64,000 nucleotides of DNA from an uncultured delta proteobacterium (GCA_963766715.1 CAVYBH010000008.1:128001-192000); one strand, 5' to 3'; numbered from the stretch's first letter, positions 10,472 to 21,579 are shown. Notes: generated from the letters alone by a model not told the origin. A program made the numbers and translations.

Positions 10472-11917
10472 ATGGAGACGTTCGTCCGACTGCCGTTCCG
10501 CAGCCACCTCTTCCGTCGCTGGCTCTACGTCGTCGCCGCCATGGCCCTGGGGGCCTGCGGCATGTCCACTTCGGGTAACACCGCCGCGGTCCCGTCCCCG
10601 GTGTCATCCGAAGGGGCCCAGGGCAAGGGCGGAACGGCCGGTGCGGCCTCCGCCTCCGGGGGCGCGCAGGAGGCTCGCGACGACGAGGCGGGGCAGCGAT
10701 CCCGCGCGAGCCAGGGCCTCGCAATCTCGCCCGTGCCGCCCGACTTGAAGGGAAGGACGCCACGGGAGCGGACGCTCATCGGCCTGGGGAGCTACATCGT
10801 GAACGCGGCGAGCGATTGCGCCGGGTGCCACAGCGGACCGGCCGGATTCCTCTCCGGGGGGAATCGGTTCTTCCTCGGCAAGGACCTGCTCGGCGACGAC
10901 CAGTTCGTCTTCTCGCGCAACCTCACGCCCGACCCGACCACGGGCCTCGCCCTCACGCACGACCAGTTCGTGGAGGCCATCCGCACCGGCCGCGACTTCC
11001 ACGCCGGCGCGACGCGGATGCTCGTGGTGATGCCCTGGACCACGCTTCGCTGGTCGAGCGACGTCGACCTCGACGCCATCTACGCCTACCTGCGGGCCAT
11101 CCCGCCGGTCGTGAATGCCGTCCCGCCGGACGGGAAGGACGGACTTCCGCTGCCCGCCTCCGTCCCGTTCGACCCGACGACCTACGCGGACGGCGACGTG
11201 ACCCGGCCGCTGAAGGGCGCCAACCAGAGCTTCTCGTCCCACCGCGGCTACTCGATCTCGCCGGTCGCGCTCGACACCTCGAAGAGGGGCGTCCACGACG
11301 ACGAGGGGCAGGGGCGCAGCGTGGGCGTGGGGTCCTACATCGTCAACGCCACGGCCCATTGCAACGACTGCCACACCCACCCCGACCGCTCGGCGAACGG
11401 CTCCAAGGTGAACACGGCAGCGTTCCTCACCGGTGGAACCGTCTTCAACACGCCGCCGCCGCTCCAGCCGATCACGGGGTACGTCCGGGCGACGTCCGCC
11501 AACCTGGAGGGCGCCAGCCAGGGCTTCTTCCACGAGCCGGGCACGACCTACGCCCGGTTCCGGGAGATCATCCACACCGGCACGCTGGTGGACGCGCTTC
11601 CGCCGCGCCCGCTCGCCTTCCCCATGATGCTCGTGGCCCCGAACCTGGCCAAGCTCCTGGAGAGCGACCTGCGCGCCGTCTACGACTACGCGACGTCCAT
11701 TCCCGCGACGACCGGCGCCTCCGACGTCGCACGGCAGTCGCCGGCCCGCGGGTGCGCCACCGACGCCGGCTGCGGCAGCGGCGAGACCTGCGTCTCGGGC
11801 GAGTGCACCGGTTCTGCCTGCTCGGCCGACCTCGATTGCGGAACCTGCCAGGCGTGCGGCGGCGGCGCCTGCCAGGCAGCCGACCCCGCCTCGATCTGCG
11901 TGCTCACGGCGCAGTGA
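10472..11917 (+). CDS. Diheme c-type cytochrome lipoprotein with Cys-rich C-terminal tail
   Basis: ALGAC lipobox; CAGCH and CNDCH; SRNLTPDPTTG; MPW axial Met candidate; about 10 Cys in the last 55 aa. Confidence 0.85.
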   Translation: METFVRLPFRSHLFRRWLYVVAAMALGACGMSTSGNTAAVPSPVSSEGAQGKGGTAGAASASGGAQEARDDEAGQRSRASQGLAISPVPPDLKGRTPRERTLIGLGSYIVNAASDCAGCHSGPAGFLSGGNRFFLGKDLLGDDQFVFSRNLTPDPTTGLALTHDQFVEAIRTGRDFHAGATRMLVVMPWTTLRWSSDVDLDAIYAYLRAIPPVVNAVPPDGKDGLPLPASVPFDPTTYADGDVTRPLKGANQSFSSHRGYSISPVALDTSKRGVHDDEGQGRSVGVGSYIVNATAHCNDCHTHPDRSANGSKVNTAAFLTGGTVFNTPPPLQPITGYVRATSANLEGASQGFFHEPGTTYARFREIIHTGTLVDALPPRPLAFPMMLVAPNLAKLLESDLRAVYDYATSIPATTGASDVARQSPARGCATDAGCGSGETCVSGECTGSACSADLDCGTCQACGGGACQAADPASICVLTAQ

Positions 11918-12815
11918 CCGCGGCCCGGCGACCGGCGCCCAGCCTCTTCCCGGCCAGCTCGATCCAGGCCCGCGTGGCCGGGGAGAGGTGCCCGTCGCGG
12001 CGCCAGATGAGGGCCACGTCCCAGGGGATGACCGGCTCCTTCATCTTCACGCTCCGTACCTGGCGCCGGTCGAGCCGGCGGCAGATGGTCACGGGAAGGA
12101 GCGCCAGGCCGATGTTGGCCGCCACCATGGCCACGATGAAGTCCCAGTGCGAGCTCTCGCTCACCACCGTGGGCTGGAACCCGCTGCGGCGGCAGGCGTC
12201 GAGGATGTGGCCGTGGAGCGCGAACTCCGGCCGGTAGAGCACGAACGGGGTGTCGGCCAGCTCCCGGAGCGAGAGCGACCGCCTCCCGGCCAGCGGGTGG
12301 TCCGGGTGCAGGACGGCGCGGAGGTGGTCGTGCACGAAGGGAAGGGTCGCGAAGGTTCGCTCGTCGGTGGGGAGCACCACCGCCCCGACGTCGAGCTCGT
12401 GGCTGCGGACCAGCTCCGCAATCTGGTGCGACCCTTCCTCTCGCAGCTCGAGGGCGATGCCGGGGTAGGCCTCGTGGAAGGCCTTCAGGAGCGGCGGCAG
12501 GAACGCGACCCCCACGATGGGCGGCGTGCCAATCCGCAGCCGCCCCCGCCGGAGCGCCGCGAGCTCCTGCACCTCCTCCTCCATGACGCGCAGCGAATCG
12601 AGCACCCCCTGCGCCCCGGCCAGCACGATCTGCCCGGCCTCGGTGAGCTTCACCCGGCGGCGCTCCCGGACGAGGAGCGGCGTGCCGAGCTCCTCCTCGA
12701 GCGACTTCACCACCTTGCTGATGGCCGGCTGGGTGAGGCGCAGCGCGCGGCTGGCGCGGGTGAATCCCTGGTGACGGACCACCTCGGTGAAGACCCTGAG
12801 GGCGTGGACGTCCAT
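11904..12815 (-). CDS. LysR family transcriptional regulator (CidR-like)
   Basis: FTRASRALRLTQPAISK..LEEELG HTH; SSHWDFIVAMVAANIGLALLP. Confidence 0.92.
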   Translation of the reverse strand: MDVHALRVFTEVVRHQGFTRASRALRLTQPAISKVVKSLEEELGTPLLVRERRRVKLTEAGQIVLAGAQGVLDSLRVMEEEVQELAALRRGRLRIGTPPIVGVAFLPPLLKAFHEAYPGIALELREEGSHQIAELVRSHELDVGAVVLPTDERTFATLPFVHDHLRAVLHPDHPLAGRRSLSLRELADTPFVLYRPEFALHGHILDACRRSGFQPTVVSESSHWDFIVAMVAANIGLALLPVTICRRLDRRQVRSVKMKEPVIPWDVALIWRRDGHLSPATRAWIELAGKRLGAGRRAAVTAP

Positions 12816-12822
12816 GGCTTCC

Positions 12823-12837
12823 ATTCCTCCAGGGAAT
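12823..12837. promoter_or_regulatory. Candidate LysR recognition box ATTCC-N5-GGAAT (T-N11-A)
   Basis: Palindrome ATTCCTCCAGGGAAT in the AT-rich divergent intergenic region next to the lysR start. Confidence 0.6.
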
Positions 12838-12895
12838 CCATACTATAGCGTTAATCGATTTCCGTAATACTTGAGAGCCCGCTAAGTACCCCGCC

Positions 12896-13384
12896 ATGGA
12901 CATCGTCGAGCTGTTGAAGAACGAGGAAGACGCGATCGTTGGCGAGGCTCTTACCGCCGTGACCTGGCTCGAGCACTACGAGCGGGACGGCCAGGACATG
13001 GCCCGGGAGCGGCTCCGCGCCCTGTGCCGGCTGGTGGGCCAGGCCATCCGGACGCAGAACCTGGAGGACCTGCTCTCCCACGCGGCTCGCATCGCCCGGG
13101 AACGCCACGCAGCCGGCTACGATCGCGCCGAGGTGGTGAGCGCCTTCTCGGCGGTCGAGGAGTCGATCTGGCACCGCGCCCTCTCCGCGCTGCCGCCCGA
13201 GGAGCGCACCTGGGGTCTCGGCCTCGTGGGCACGGCCCTCGCTCACGCCAAGGAGGCCCTTTCCCGCGCCTTCGCCGAGGCCGGAACCGGGTCCCACCCC
13301 TCCTTCGTGGACCTCACCCCGCTCTTCCGCGGCGCCCCCGCCCGTCGCGACCGCTTCCGCGAGGATCTCGTCCACCCGGTCTGA
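12896..13384 (+). CDS. Hypothetical all-helical protein, possibly HisK_N/RsbRD_N-like globin-fold sensor domain
   Basis: HAARIARERHAAGYDRAEVVSAF resembles that family; divergent from lysR. Confidence 0.6.
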   Translation: MDIVELLKNEEDAIVGEALTAVTWLEHYERDGQDMARERLRALCRLVGQAIRTQNLEDLLSHAARIARERHAAGYDRAEVVSAFSAVEESIWHRALSALPPEERTWGLGLVGTALAHAKEALSRAFAEAGTGSHPSFVDLTPLFRGAPARRDRFREDLVHPV

Positions 13385-13458
13385 GCGCCCCATCCGCGAC
13401 GTTTCGCGCCGGGCCCAAACGAGGGAACCTCTCGGCACCCGCTTCCCGGAGCCCGCCC

Positions 13459-14271
13459 ATGACCCTCAAGCACCTCCTCGTCCACCTCGACGCCAGCCCG
13501 CGCACCGAGGAGCGACTCGCACTCGCGGTCACGATGGCGCGGCGCCACGGCGCGCGCCTCACCGGACTCTTCTCGGAGAGCAGCTCGCTGGGATCGGGGA
13601 TCGTGGGCCGGCGCGACCCGGCCGCGCTGGCCGCGGACGTCGCCGCCGCGCGCACGGCCTTCGAGGCGCGCACCGCGGAGGCGCGGCTGGAGACGGACTG
13701 GTGGGCCATCGAGGGCGGCGACTACGCCCACGTCGTGGGCTGGACCGTGGTGTGCTGCCGGTACGCCGACCTGGCCATCTTCGGGCAGCGGGAGGAGGGA
13801 GCCCGCGTGCCGGCCGACCTGATCGAGCAGGCGCTCGAGGACGCGGGACGCCCGCTCCTGGTGGTTCCCTCGGTGGGGCACTACCCCGACGTCGGCCGGC
13901 GCGTCCTCGTGGCCTGGACCGGGAGCCGGGAATCGGCGCGGGCCCTGAACGACGCGCTGCCGCTGCTCTCCGGCGCCGAGGCGGTGTCCGTCCTCTCCAT
14001 CCAGCGTCCCAGCACCGGCGACGCGGGCGCGGTGCCCCCCGTGGACGTGGTGGCCCACCTGGCCGCACACGGAGTGAAGGCCAGCTACGAGCGGCTGCTC
14101 CTCGACGAGATGCACGTCGCCGATCACGTGCTCAACCGGGCCGCCGACTGGAACGCCGACCTGACGGTGGCGGGCGCCCACGGACAGCGCGGCTTCCCCT
14201 ACCTGCCGCGAAGCAGCATGACCGACGACTTCCTGCGCACGATGACGACGCCGCTCCTGCTGTCCCGCTGA
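13459..14271 (+). CDS. Universal stress protein (two USP domains)
   Basis: KHLLVHLD, GRPLLVVP, VLVAWTGSRESARALNDALP, ADLTVAGAHG. Confidence 0.9.
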   Translation: MTLKHLLVHLDASPRTEERLALAVTMARRHGARLTGLFSESSSLGSGIVGRRDPAALAADVAAARTAFEARTAEARLETDWWAIEGGDYAHVVGWTVVCCRYADLAIFGQREEGARVPADLIEQALEDAGRPLLVVPSVGHYPDVGRRVLVAWTGSRESARALNDALPLLSGAEAVSVLSIQRPSTGDAGAVPPVDVVAHLAAHGVKASYERLLLDEMHVADHVLNRAADWNADLTVAGAHGQRGFPYLPRSSMTDDFLRTMTTPLLLSR

Positions 14272-14284
14272 CGGGTCCCGGGAG

Positions 14285-15465
14285 CTACCGCGGCGCCGCG
14301 GCCATCCGCGCGTCGAGCCGGGCCCGCTCCGCCTGGAAGGCCGGCAGGTCGGCCGCCGGGATCGACTCCCGGCGCGTCTTGTGGACGGCGAAGGGATCGA
14401 GCACGCGGCCGCCCTGATCCTCGATCTGGTAGTGGAGGTGGGGCGCGAAGGAGTGGCCGCTGTTGCCGCTCACCGCGATCTGCTCGCCCTTCTTCACCGC
14501 CTGCCCCTTCTGGATGGACTTGGGGACGACGTCGAGGTGGAGGAAGATCGCGTGGCGCCCGGTGGCCGGATCGGCGAGGTCGAGGCAGTTGCCGTTGCTC
14601 GCGAACTTCCAGTTGCGGCGCGCGATGACGCCGTCGAACGGGGCGTACACCGGCGTTCCCACCGGCGCGCGGAAGTCCACGCCCTTGTGGCGCCGCCCGT
14701 CCTTCACGAGCGAGGTGACCTGCTCGTAGTCGCGGATCGGACCGTCCACCAGCCGCTCCTCCACCTCGCTGCCGTCGGCGCGGTAGTAGCGCGGGTACTT
14801 CGCTCCCGGCGCCTTCCAGCGATAGGCGGCGAAGGTCTTGCCCCGCTTCTGCGAGGTGTAGCGGAGCGCGTCGACGACCGGCTCCTGCGAGCCGCTCGCC
14901 CCCGCGCCGCCCGGGGGCGCAGGCGAGAAGAGGACCTCGATCCGGTCCCCCTTGCGCCCCTCCTTGGCCACCTGCAGGTCCCAGACGAGGAGGCGGTTCA
15001 CCACCTGCGTCAGCTCGGCGCCCAGCGTCTGGCCGCCCGGCCCGACGGCCACGGTGATGGTCTCCTCGAGGGGTCCGGCGAGCGATGCGGTGATGAGGCG
15101 CGGGCCCGCGGGAGATGCAGGGGCCGCGGCAGGCTGGGGTGCGGAAGGTTGCGCTGCGGCCGTGGCCAGCGGCGTGGCGGTGGGCGGCGCGGCGGTGGGC
15201 GCCGGCCCGGCGATGGTGCGGCGGCGGACGGTGCGGCCGCTCCTGGCGCGGCCGCGGGGGACGCGGGTACCTCGGCCACGGGGGCCGGTGACGAGGGGAC
15301 CGCGGCGGACGACGCGGCCGGTGCCGGGGCGGGCGGCGTGCGACGGCCGAGCAGGTAGCCGGCGGCCGCGGCGCCAATCGCGAGGACGAGCGCGCCGAGG
15401 ATCACGACGGGGGTCGCGGACTTCCGGGGGCCGGAGGACTGGGGATCGAAATCGATGCGGGCCAT
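14285..15465 (-). CDS. M23 family metallopeptidase, membrane anchored, frameshifted in Pro/Ala linker
   Basis: HKGVDFRAPVGTPV, FLHL, SGNSGHSFAPHLHY; N-terminal TM in the 15010..15465 ORF. Confidence 0.88.
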
Positions 15466-15949
15466 GGGGGGCGAGAAGATACACCCAGTCGACCCTTCCC
15501 GCCTCGTTCCGGACGGAGCGTCCGCCTCCCGGCGCCGCCTCGTGAGGCCTATTCACCGTCCGTCAATCTGGGCCTTCCGGCAGGGCGACGCCGCGGGGTT
15601 CGTCCGTCCCGGATCGAGGCGAAGGGCCGCGGGCGCGCGGGAAGGGGAGCCGGGCCGGATCCGGAGAACGGCCGACCGTTTCCCCTCAGTCAAAATCTAC
15701 TTCATCGCTCCTTCTTGGGTCGTAATCGAAAATGCACCGTGACGCGGGTGTCGGGGCCGGCTGCCTGGCCGGTCGGTCGCGTCCCGAACTTGTCCGGTCT
15801 CGCCGAGCCACCAGGCCGCCCCGTTCGGGGCACGGGGCCGTGATGAGAACAGCCTCATAACTGCCGGTCAGGCCTGAGGATTTCCCTGGAGCCGCGGCTC
15901 GGAACCGAGCAAACCCGGTCGCTTGGATGCAATGCGTCGTTCCGTCGTC

Positions 15950-15963
15950 CTGATCTGGATCAA
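15950..15963. promoter_or_regulatory. Candidate FNR/CRP-family box CTGAT-N4-ATCAA
   Basis: 9/10 match to TTGAT-N4-ATCAA, ~195 bp upstream of the multicopper oxidase start. Confidence 0.4.
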
Positions 15964-16157
15964 TTGCCCATGGAGGTGGATGTACCCCGCGCGTCGGGAC
16001 ATGTGGTCGCACCCCAAAAGGACGAAGGATTCGCCCTCGCTGGACACCGGCGCGAGCGGAGGGCTCGAGCGGGGGAACGTCCGGTAGCAGGACGGCGGGG
16101 GGAGGCACTTCACCAAAAGTGAGTGCTCCGTCGGGCGAGCCAGACAGGGAGGCATTC

Positions 16158-19100
16158 GTGAAGCGGATCCAGATGGCCATCTTCGCAGCAGCCGTCGCCG
16201 GGGCAGTCGCCTGGGCGTCGTCCGCCAGCGCGCAGCAGTTCACCGCGTTTCCCACCCAGAACCCGCTCGGACCGACGGGGGCGGCGTACCAGACGAACTA
16301 TCCCTACCCGGGCCAATGCGTCGCCGATTCCACGCAGGCGGCCCTGTTCCCGGGACTTCCCGCTTGCTCCACGGCGGCCGGCGCCTCGAGCTTCGCGTGC
16401 GACGGCTCGTCGTCGAACCGCACCGCCGGCGGCTGGGCCGCCTGCAACGCCGTGAGCAAGTTCCAGACCCTCGCACCCGTCATTCCCAACTCCGCGCCGA
16501 CCCCGGGCGCCGTCGCCACGCCGCGGTTCGTCTGGGAGATGCTGAACCCGCCCGACTACGCGCCGGACAGGACGACGTTCCCGAACGCGGACTACTACGA
16601 GATCATCCTCCACGAGGCCTGGGGCTTCCAGGCGGCCGCCGGGCTCGACCTCTTCCCCGATCCCACCGTCGGGGTCTGCAGCATCACCGGCGCCTACTGT
16701 GACGCCGCGTCGCTCCCCGCGGGCTGTGGATCCTGCAACGCGGTCTTCCCGGGCGCACCGCCCGTGCCAAACGGCATGCAGTGGACGGGGCTCACCTGCA
16801 ACAGCCCGGGTGGCTGCAGTTGCCCGGCAGACCTGGCCGCCGGCGCCTTCAAGAGCGCCTACTGCAACGTGGGAGGCGCCACGGCGGCTGCGTCCCCGGC
16901 CGGCCGCGTCCCCTACGGCTATCCGCTCTACACGCCGATTTGGGGCGTGGGCATCCCGCCTGAACGGCGTCGGCCTTCCCGGCACGGCGACCTCCTGGTC
17001 GGCGAACGACTTCCTGGCGACCTGGCCGTCGATCAGCATCCGCGCCAACCGGGGCACGCCGGTCGTCGTGAAGTGGGTGAACGAGTTCCCGAACACCCAC
17101 GTCCTCTGCCCGTACCCCGACGCGGCGGACTGGCCGTGCGCGATCGACCGCACGTTCATGGGCGTGAAGGCCCGGATGGACCCGGCCGCCCTCCAGGGAA
17201 TGACGCTCAACAACGCACCGCTGAAGGCCGACGGCGTGAACCTCTTCGGCAGTCCGCAGCAGCCGGACAATTCCTGGGTGACCCACCTGCACGGCGGCGA
17301 GATCCCTCCGTCGACCGACGGCTTCGCCGAGAAGTGGTTCGGCAACCTCAACTCCGCGAAGACCTACAACGTGGGGGACAAGCTCGTCACGCCGGCCTTC
17401 GAGAGCGTGTCGGGCGTCGAGCTGCGCCGCCCCAACGGCAACTCCGACACGTACACGTATCCGATGGACCAGGAGGAGGCGACCATCTGGTTCCACGATC
17501 ACACCCTCGGCAAGACCCACCACAACGTGATCGCGGGCCCCGCCGGCTTCTTCCCCGTGAAGGAGCCGCTCAAGCACGGCAAGGTCGTGGCCGGAGCCTG
17601 CGTGGCGTCACCCGGCGCGAGCTGTGACTACACCTGGGTGGATCCGGTCACCGAGCCGCGGACCAGCGCCACCGCGCTCAACCTCCAGATCCCGACCTAC
17701 GACCTCTTCATGGCGGTCCAGGATCGCGCCTTCAACGACGACGGGAGCATCAACTTCTCGAACGGCCTCGGCCAGACCTTCGCGCCGGTGGTGGCCGGCC
17801 AGACGTCCATCACGAACGGCGTGAACCCGCTCGTGCACCCGACCTGGGTTCCCGAGTACTTCGGGGATCACGCGCTGGTGAACGGCGTCCTCTGGCCGAA
17901 GAAGTCGGTCGAGCCGGGCTGGTACCGCATGCGCCTCGTCGACGGGTCCGACTCGCGCTGCTACACGTTCGGGTTCCAGGTGGGCGCGATGCCCGCCCCC
18001 GGCGCGGCGGTGACCTTCCAGGTGCCCTTCTACGTCATCGCCAGCGACCAGGGGTACTACCAGAAGCCGGTGAAGGCGGTGCAGAACCGGCTCACCATGT
18101 GCCCCGGCGAGCGCTACGAGATCCTCGTCAACTTCGGCGCGCTCCCCACCGTCGCGGTCAACACCGGCACGCTCCAGCCCAACCCCTCCACGGTCTGGCT
18201 CGTCAACAACGCGCCCGCACCCTTCCCGGCCGGCTTCTCTCCCCAGGCGGCGGGCGGGCAGCCCGAGCTCAACGTCCTCATGCGCTTCGACGTGAACCCG
18301 GCCTTCGGACCGGGCGTGAAGAGCTGCGGCGCCACCGTGAAGACGGGCAAGGTCGCTGACCCCGGTCGCGCCCGCCAGCCTGAGCTGGGATCCCGGCAAC
18401 GTGGCCGCCAACCTGACCCGGTCCTCCGGCGCCGCGGGTGCGCCCCCCGCCGGGTTCTACGACCGGATCTGCATGCCGGCCGACCCGACGCTCCTGCCCG
18501 CCAACCCGAACTTCGTCGACATCCGGCCCGCCGTCACGGTCGCGAACGGCCAGCCCCTCGCGTTCCCGGCCGGCACCATCGTCCGCCAGGTGTACCTGAA
18601 CGAGCGGGTCGACGGGACCACCGCCGCTCCGCTGGGGATGCAGCTGAACGGCGTGCCCTTCGAGTACAAGGTCACCGAGACGCCGAAGCTCGGGTCCCGG
18701 GAGGTCTGGCAGTTCATCAACCTCACGGTGGACGCGCACCCGATGCACCCGCACCTGGTGCGGCACCTGACGGTGGCCCGGCAGAAGTTCAACGTCGGCG
18801 CCTACAAGCGGGCGCTCTGCGGGTCGACCACCTGCCAGCCGGGAACCTCCCCGGGCGGCGAGATGCAGGTCATCCCCGACGTGAACCAGGTCGTCGGCGG
18901 CGTTCCCACGTTCATGTCGGGCGCGGTCACGCTGGTGAACGGCACGTCGAACGACTCCGGCTACAAGGACGTGACGCGCGTGATGCCCGGCGAGGTGACC
19001 ACCATCGTCGCCGACTGGAAGCCGCGCTGGAACGCCAGCGGCGCGCCGAACGCCCCCGGGACCGCCGGATGCCCGAACGGCACCACCGGCTGCTCGGCTC

Positions 19101-19204
19101 CGTACGTGTACGAGTCGGTGACCTCCGGCCCGTACGTCTGGCACTGCCACATCAACTCGCACGAGGACTCGGAGATGATGCGCACGAGCCTCGTGGTGCC
19201 GTAG
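16158..19204 (+). CDS. Large secreted multicopper oxidase (CotA/bilirubin oxidase-like) with Cys-rich extensions; two frameshifts
   Basis: Signal peptide ..ASSASA; Cu motifs THLHGG, WFHDH, HPMHPHL, WHCHINSHEDSEMM; frames join near 16960 and 18370; GGGAGG RBS. Confidence 0.9.
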
Positions 19205-19234
19205 ACGCCCGGATCCGGCAACCGTCCATCCGTC

Positions 19235-19268
19235 AGGGGCGGCGCCTCCGGGCGCCGCCCTTCTTCTT
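19235..19268 (+). terminator. Rho-independent terminator
   Basis: GGGCGGCGCC-TCCG-GGCGCCGCCC followed by TTCTTCTT, just after the oxidase stop. Confidence 0.8.
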
Positions 19269-19286
19269 CGTCGCCTGCGGGGAATC

Positions 19287-19778
19287 ATGAGCCTCCACCT
19301 TCGTCGCCTCGTCGCGGTCGGCCTCTCCCTCGCCCTGTCCGCGCCGCTGGCCGCGCGAGCCGAGCCCGCGGAGGCCTGGCGCTCCGCCCGGTGGGGGATG
19401 TCGCCGGCCGAGCTGCTCGAGGCCTTTCCCGGTCAGGCCTTCGCCCTGGAGCCCGCGCTGAGGCTCGCCGACGGAACCGTCGTCGCGGCCGGGATCGACG
19501 GGGTCACCGAGGAGGGGATCCGGCTCGACGCCCGGTTCCTGTTCTCGAACGGCCGCCTGGTCCTCGTCAGCCTCCGGACACCGAAGGGCGAGCCCGCGGA
19601 CGCGGCGGTCTACGGCAGGATGCGCGCCGCGCTCGAGACCCGCTGGGGCGCGCCCGCGGAGACGTCGTCCGAGGACGAGTTCGTCGACCTCCGGGAGACG
19701 CGATGGGTCCTGGAGTCGCGGCGCGCCGATCTGAAGTTCATCCCGGGCGTGGTCGTCCTCCTCTTCCATGCACGCTAG
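19287..19778 (+). CDS. Hypothetical secreted protein
   Basis: Signal peptide ..PLAARA; ARWGMS motif. Confidence 0.7.
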   Translation: MSLHLRRLVAVGLSLALSAPLAARAEPAEAWRSARWGMSPAELLEAFPGQAFALEPALRLADGTVVAAGIDGVTEEGIRLDARFLFSNGRLVLVSLRTPKGEPADAAVYGRMRAALETRWGAPAETSSEDEFVDLRETRWVLESRRADLKFIPGVVVLLFHAR

Positions 19779-19787
19779 GATGCCGAC

Positions 19788-20415
19788 ATGCACGCGATGC
19801 TGATGGCAGCGATCCTCCTCGCGGCCGGGTCTCCGGCGACGGCCGCGGTCGAGACGCCTCCCATCGCGGCGGCCGCGCGGCCGGACGACTCCGACCCGAA
19901 CCCCGTTCCCTCCGGCTCCGCCGCCGACCAGGCGCTCTGGAAGGAGGCGCACGCGGTCTCCCGCGGCGTCGCGGCGGAGCGCCTCCGGTCGAACGAGATG
20001 CAGTGGCGCATCCGCCAGCAGGGGCAGCCCGCCCGGCTCGAGTCCCTCGCGCAGAAGGCTCCGCCGGACGAGGCGGCCCGCCTGCGCGACCTGCATCGCC
20101 CGGCTCGTGAACGTCGCGCAGGAGAACCAGTCCCTCCTGATGGCGCGGTGGCCCGTCGACCCGACCCGCGGCTGCCAGTACCCGGCCCTCAATCTGCAGG
20201 GCGTCATGGAGGCGGCGGAGACCCCGCGCAAGGCCTCGCAGCTCGCCGTGGTGCGCGAGGAGGCGACCGATTGCGTGGATCGCGCCCGCGTCTCCATCCA
20301 GGCCATGGCCGAGTCGAACGGCCGCCTCGAGCGCGTCCTCGCGGAGGCCGATGCGGCGCTCCCTCCGCTCCCGGTCGCGACTCCGCCGGGCCCGCCGGCA
20401 GGAAGGACGCCGTGA
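19788..20415 (+). CDS. Hypothetical secreted helical protein, frameshifted ~20100
   Basis: Signal peptide; continues as NVAQENQSLLMARWPVDPTRGCQYP. Confidence 0.65.
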
Positions 20416-20892
20416 GCGCTCGCGCGATCCTGGTCTCCCTGCTGCTGGCGGCCGGAACGGCGGTGCACGCCGCGCCGCCTGCGTGCGAGGGGACGCTCTC
20501 CGGCGCCGTCACCGCCCGGTTCGCCTGCACGGTCGTGCTCGCCACCCAGCCGGACGGGGCGACCTATCTCGTGATCCACGGCAACGCGCCCATCGAGGGC
20601 GTCCCCTCCTACGCGCCCGGGGCCTTCGAGAATCCCGGGAGCCGTCGCGGAGCGGACCTACACGCTCGACACCCTCGGCATGGGTCGGGCGAGCGTGGCC
20701 GCCGACGGCGGCACGCTCTACATGGCGTCGAAGACCTCTGCGCAGCGAGGGGAGGTCACGCTCGTCCTCCTCCGCGTGATCAAGGACCCGGCTGCGCCGG
20801 CGGCCTTCGAGGCGCATGGCACCTACCGCGCCCGCCTGCTTCCGGTGGGAGCGGGGAAGCCGGGCGAGGTCGTGGTCGACGTCCGGTTCTAG
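20412..20892 (+). CDS. Hypothetical secreted beta-rich protein, frameshifted ~20640
   Basis: GTGA overlap with the previous gene; signal peptide; ACEGTLSGAVTARFAC; ends VVVDVRF. Confidence 0.65.
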
Positions 20893-20927
20893 GGCGCCTG
20901 GCACGGCCGGACGGATCTGGGGAACTC

Positions 20928-21576
20928 ATGAGAAAGCTGCTGCTCGCGGTCGCGGCCATCGTCCTCTTCGGCGGGGGCGCGATCCTCTTCGTCCTCCTCG
21001 CGACGGGAGGCCCGGACGGATCCTCGTCGGCGAGCCCCGACCCGTCCGCTGCCCAGGGTGCGACGGGGCCCGCGGGGGCCCTGCCACCGATTCCCGCGCG
21101 CCCCGCTCCGGACCTGACCGGCCTCGGCGTGACCGCGACGGGCGTCCAGGGTCCCCGGATCGAGACCCTCCCGCCCCCGCCCAGGCCGCCTGCCGGCTCC
21201 TGGGAAGCGGTGGATCTCTCGCGCCCGCGGGCCCTCGGCCCGCTCGGCGGCGCGCTCGCGGCAACGCTCGCCGACCTCGAGCCGGACCTGTCGGCCTGCT
21301 TCGGGAAGGAGTCGCAGGCCCGGCACGCGCTGGAGCACTACACGATGACGAAGGACCACTCTCCGCTCGGGGACGTCGGCGCCACGATCCTGGTGCTCCA
21401 GGTGGAGACGCAGGATGGCCGCGCGACCATCGTGGATGCTCCGGTGGAGACCCTGGGGGATGCGAGCGACGGGCTCGTCGCCTGCGCCCAGCAGCGTCCT
21501 CCGCGGCCGCTCCTTCCCGGCCCCCGGGGCGAAGGCCGGAGCGAAGTACCGGGTCGTCCACAACCTGATGCAGTGA
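20928..21576 (+). CDS. Membrane-anchored Pro-rich protein, paralog 1 of 3
   Basis: N-terminal TM, Pro linker, SWEAV, LSACF, TILVLQVE, IVDAP, ASDGLVACAQ; frameshift ~21495. Confidence 0.7.
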
Positions 21577-21579
21577 TCC

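Noticed and set aside
15900..15970. c-di-GMP (GEMM) riboswitch or sigma-54 promoter upstream of the oxidase
   Set aside because: GCAAAC is present but the second stem is not; the GG..TTGC spacing is too short for -24/-12.
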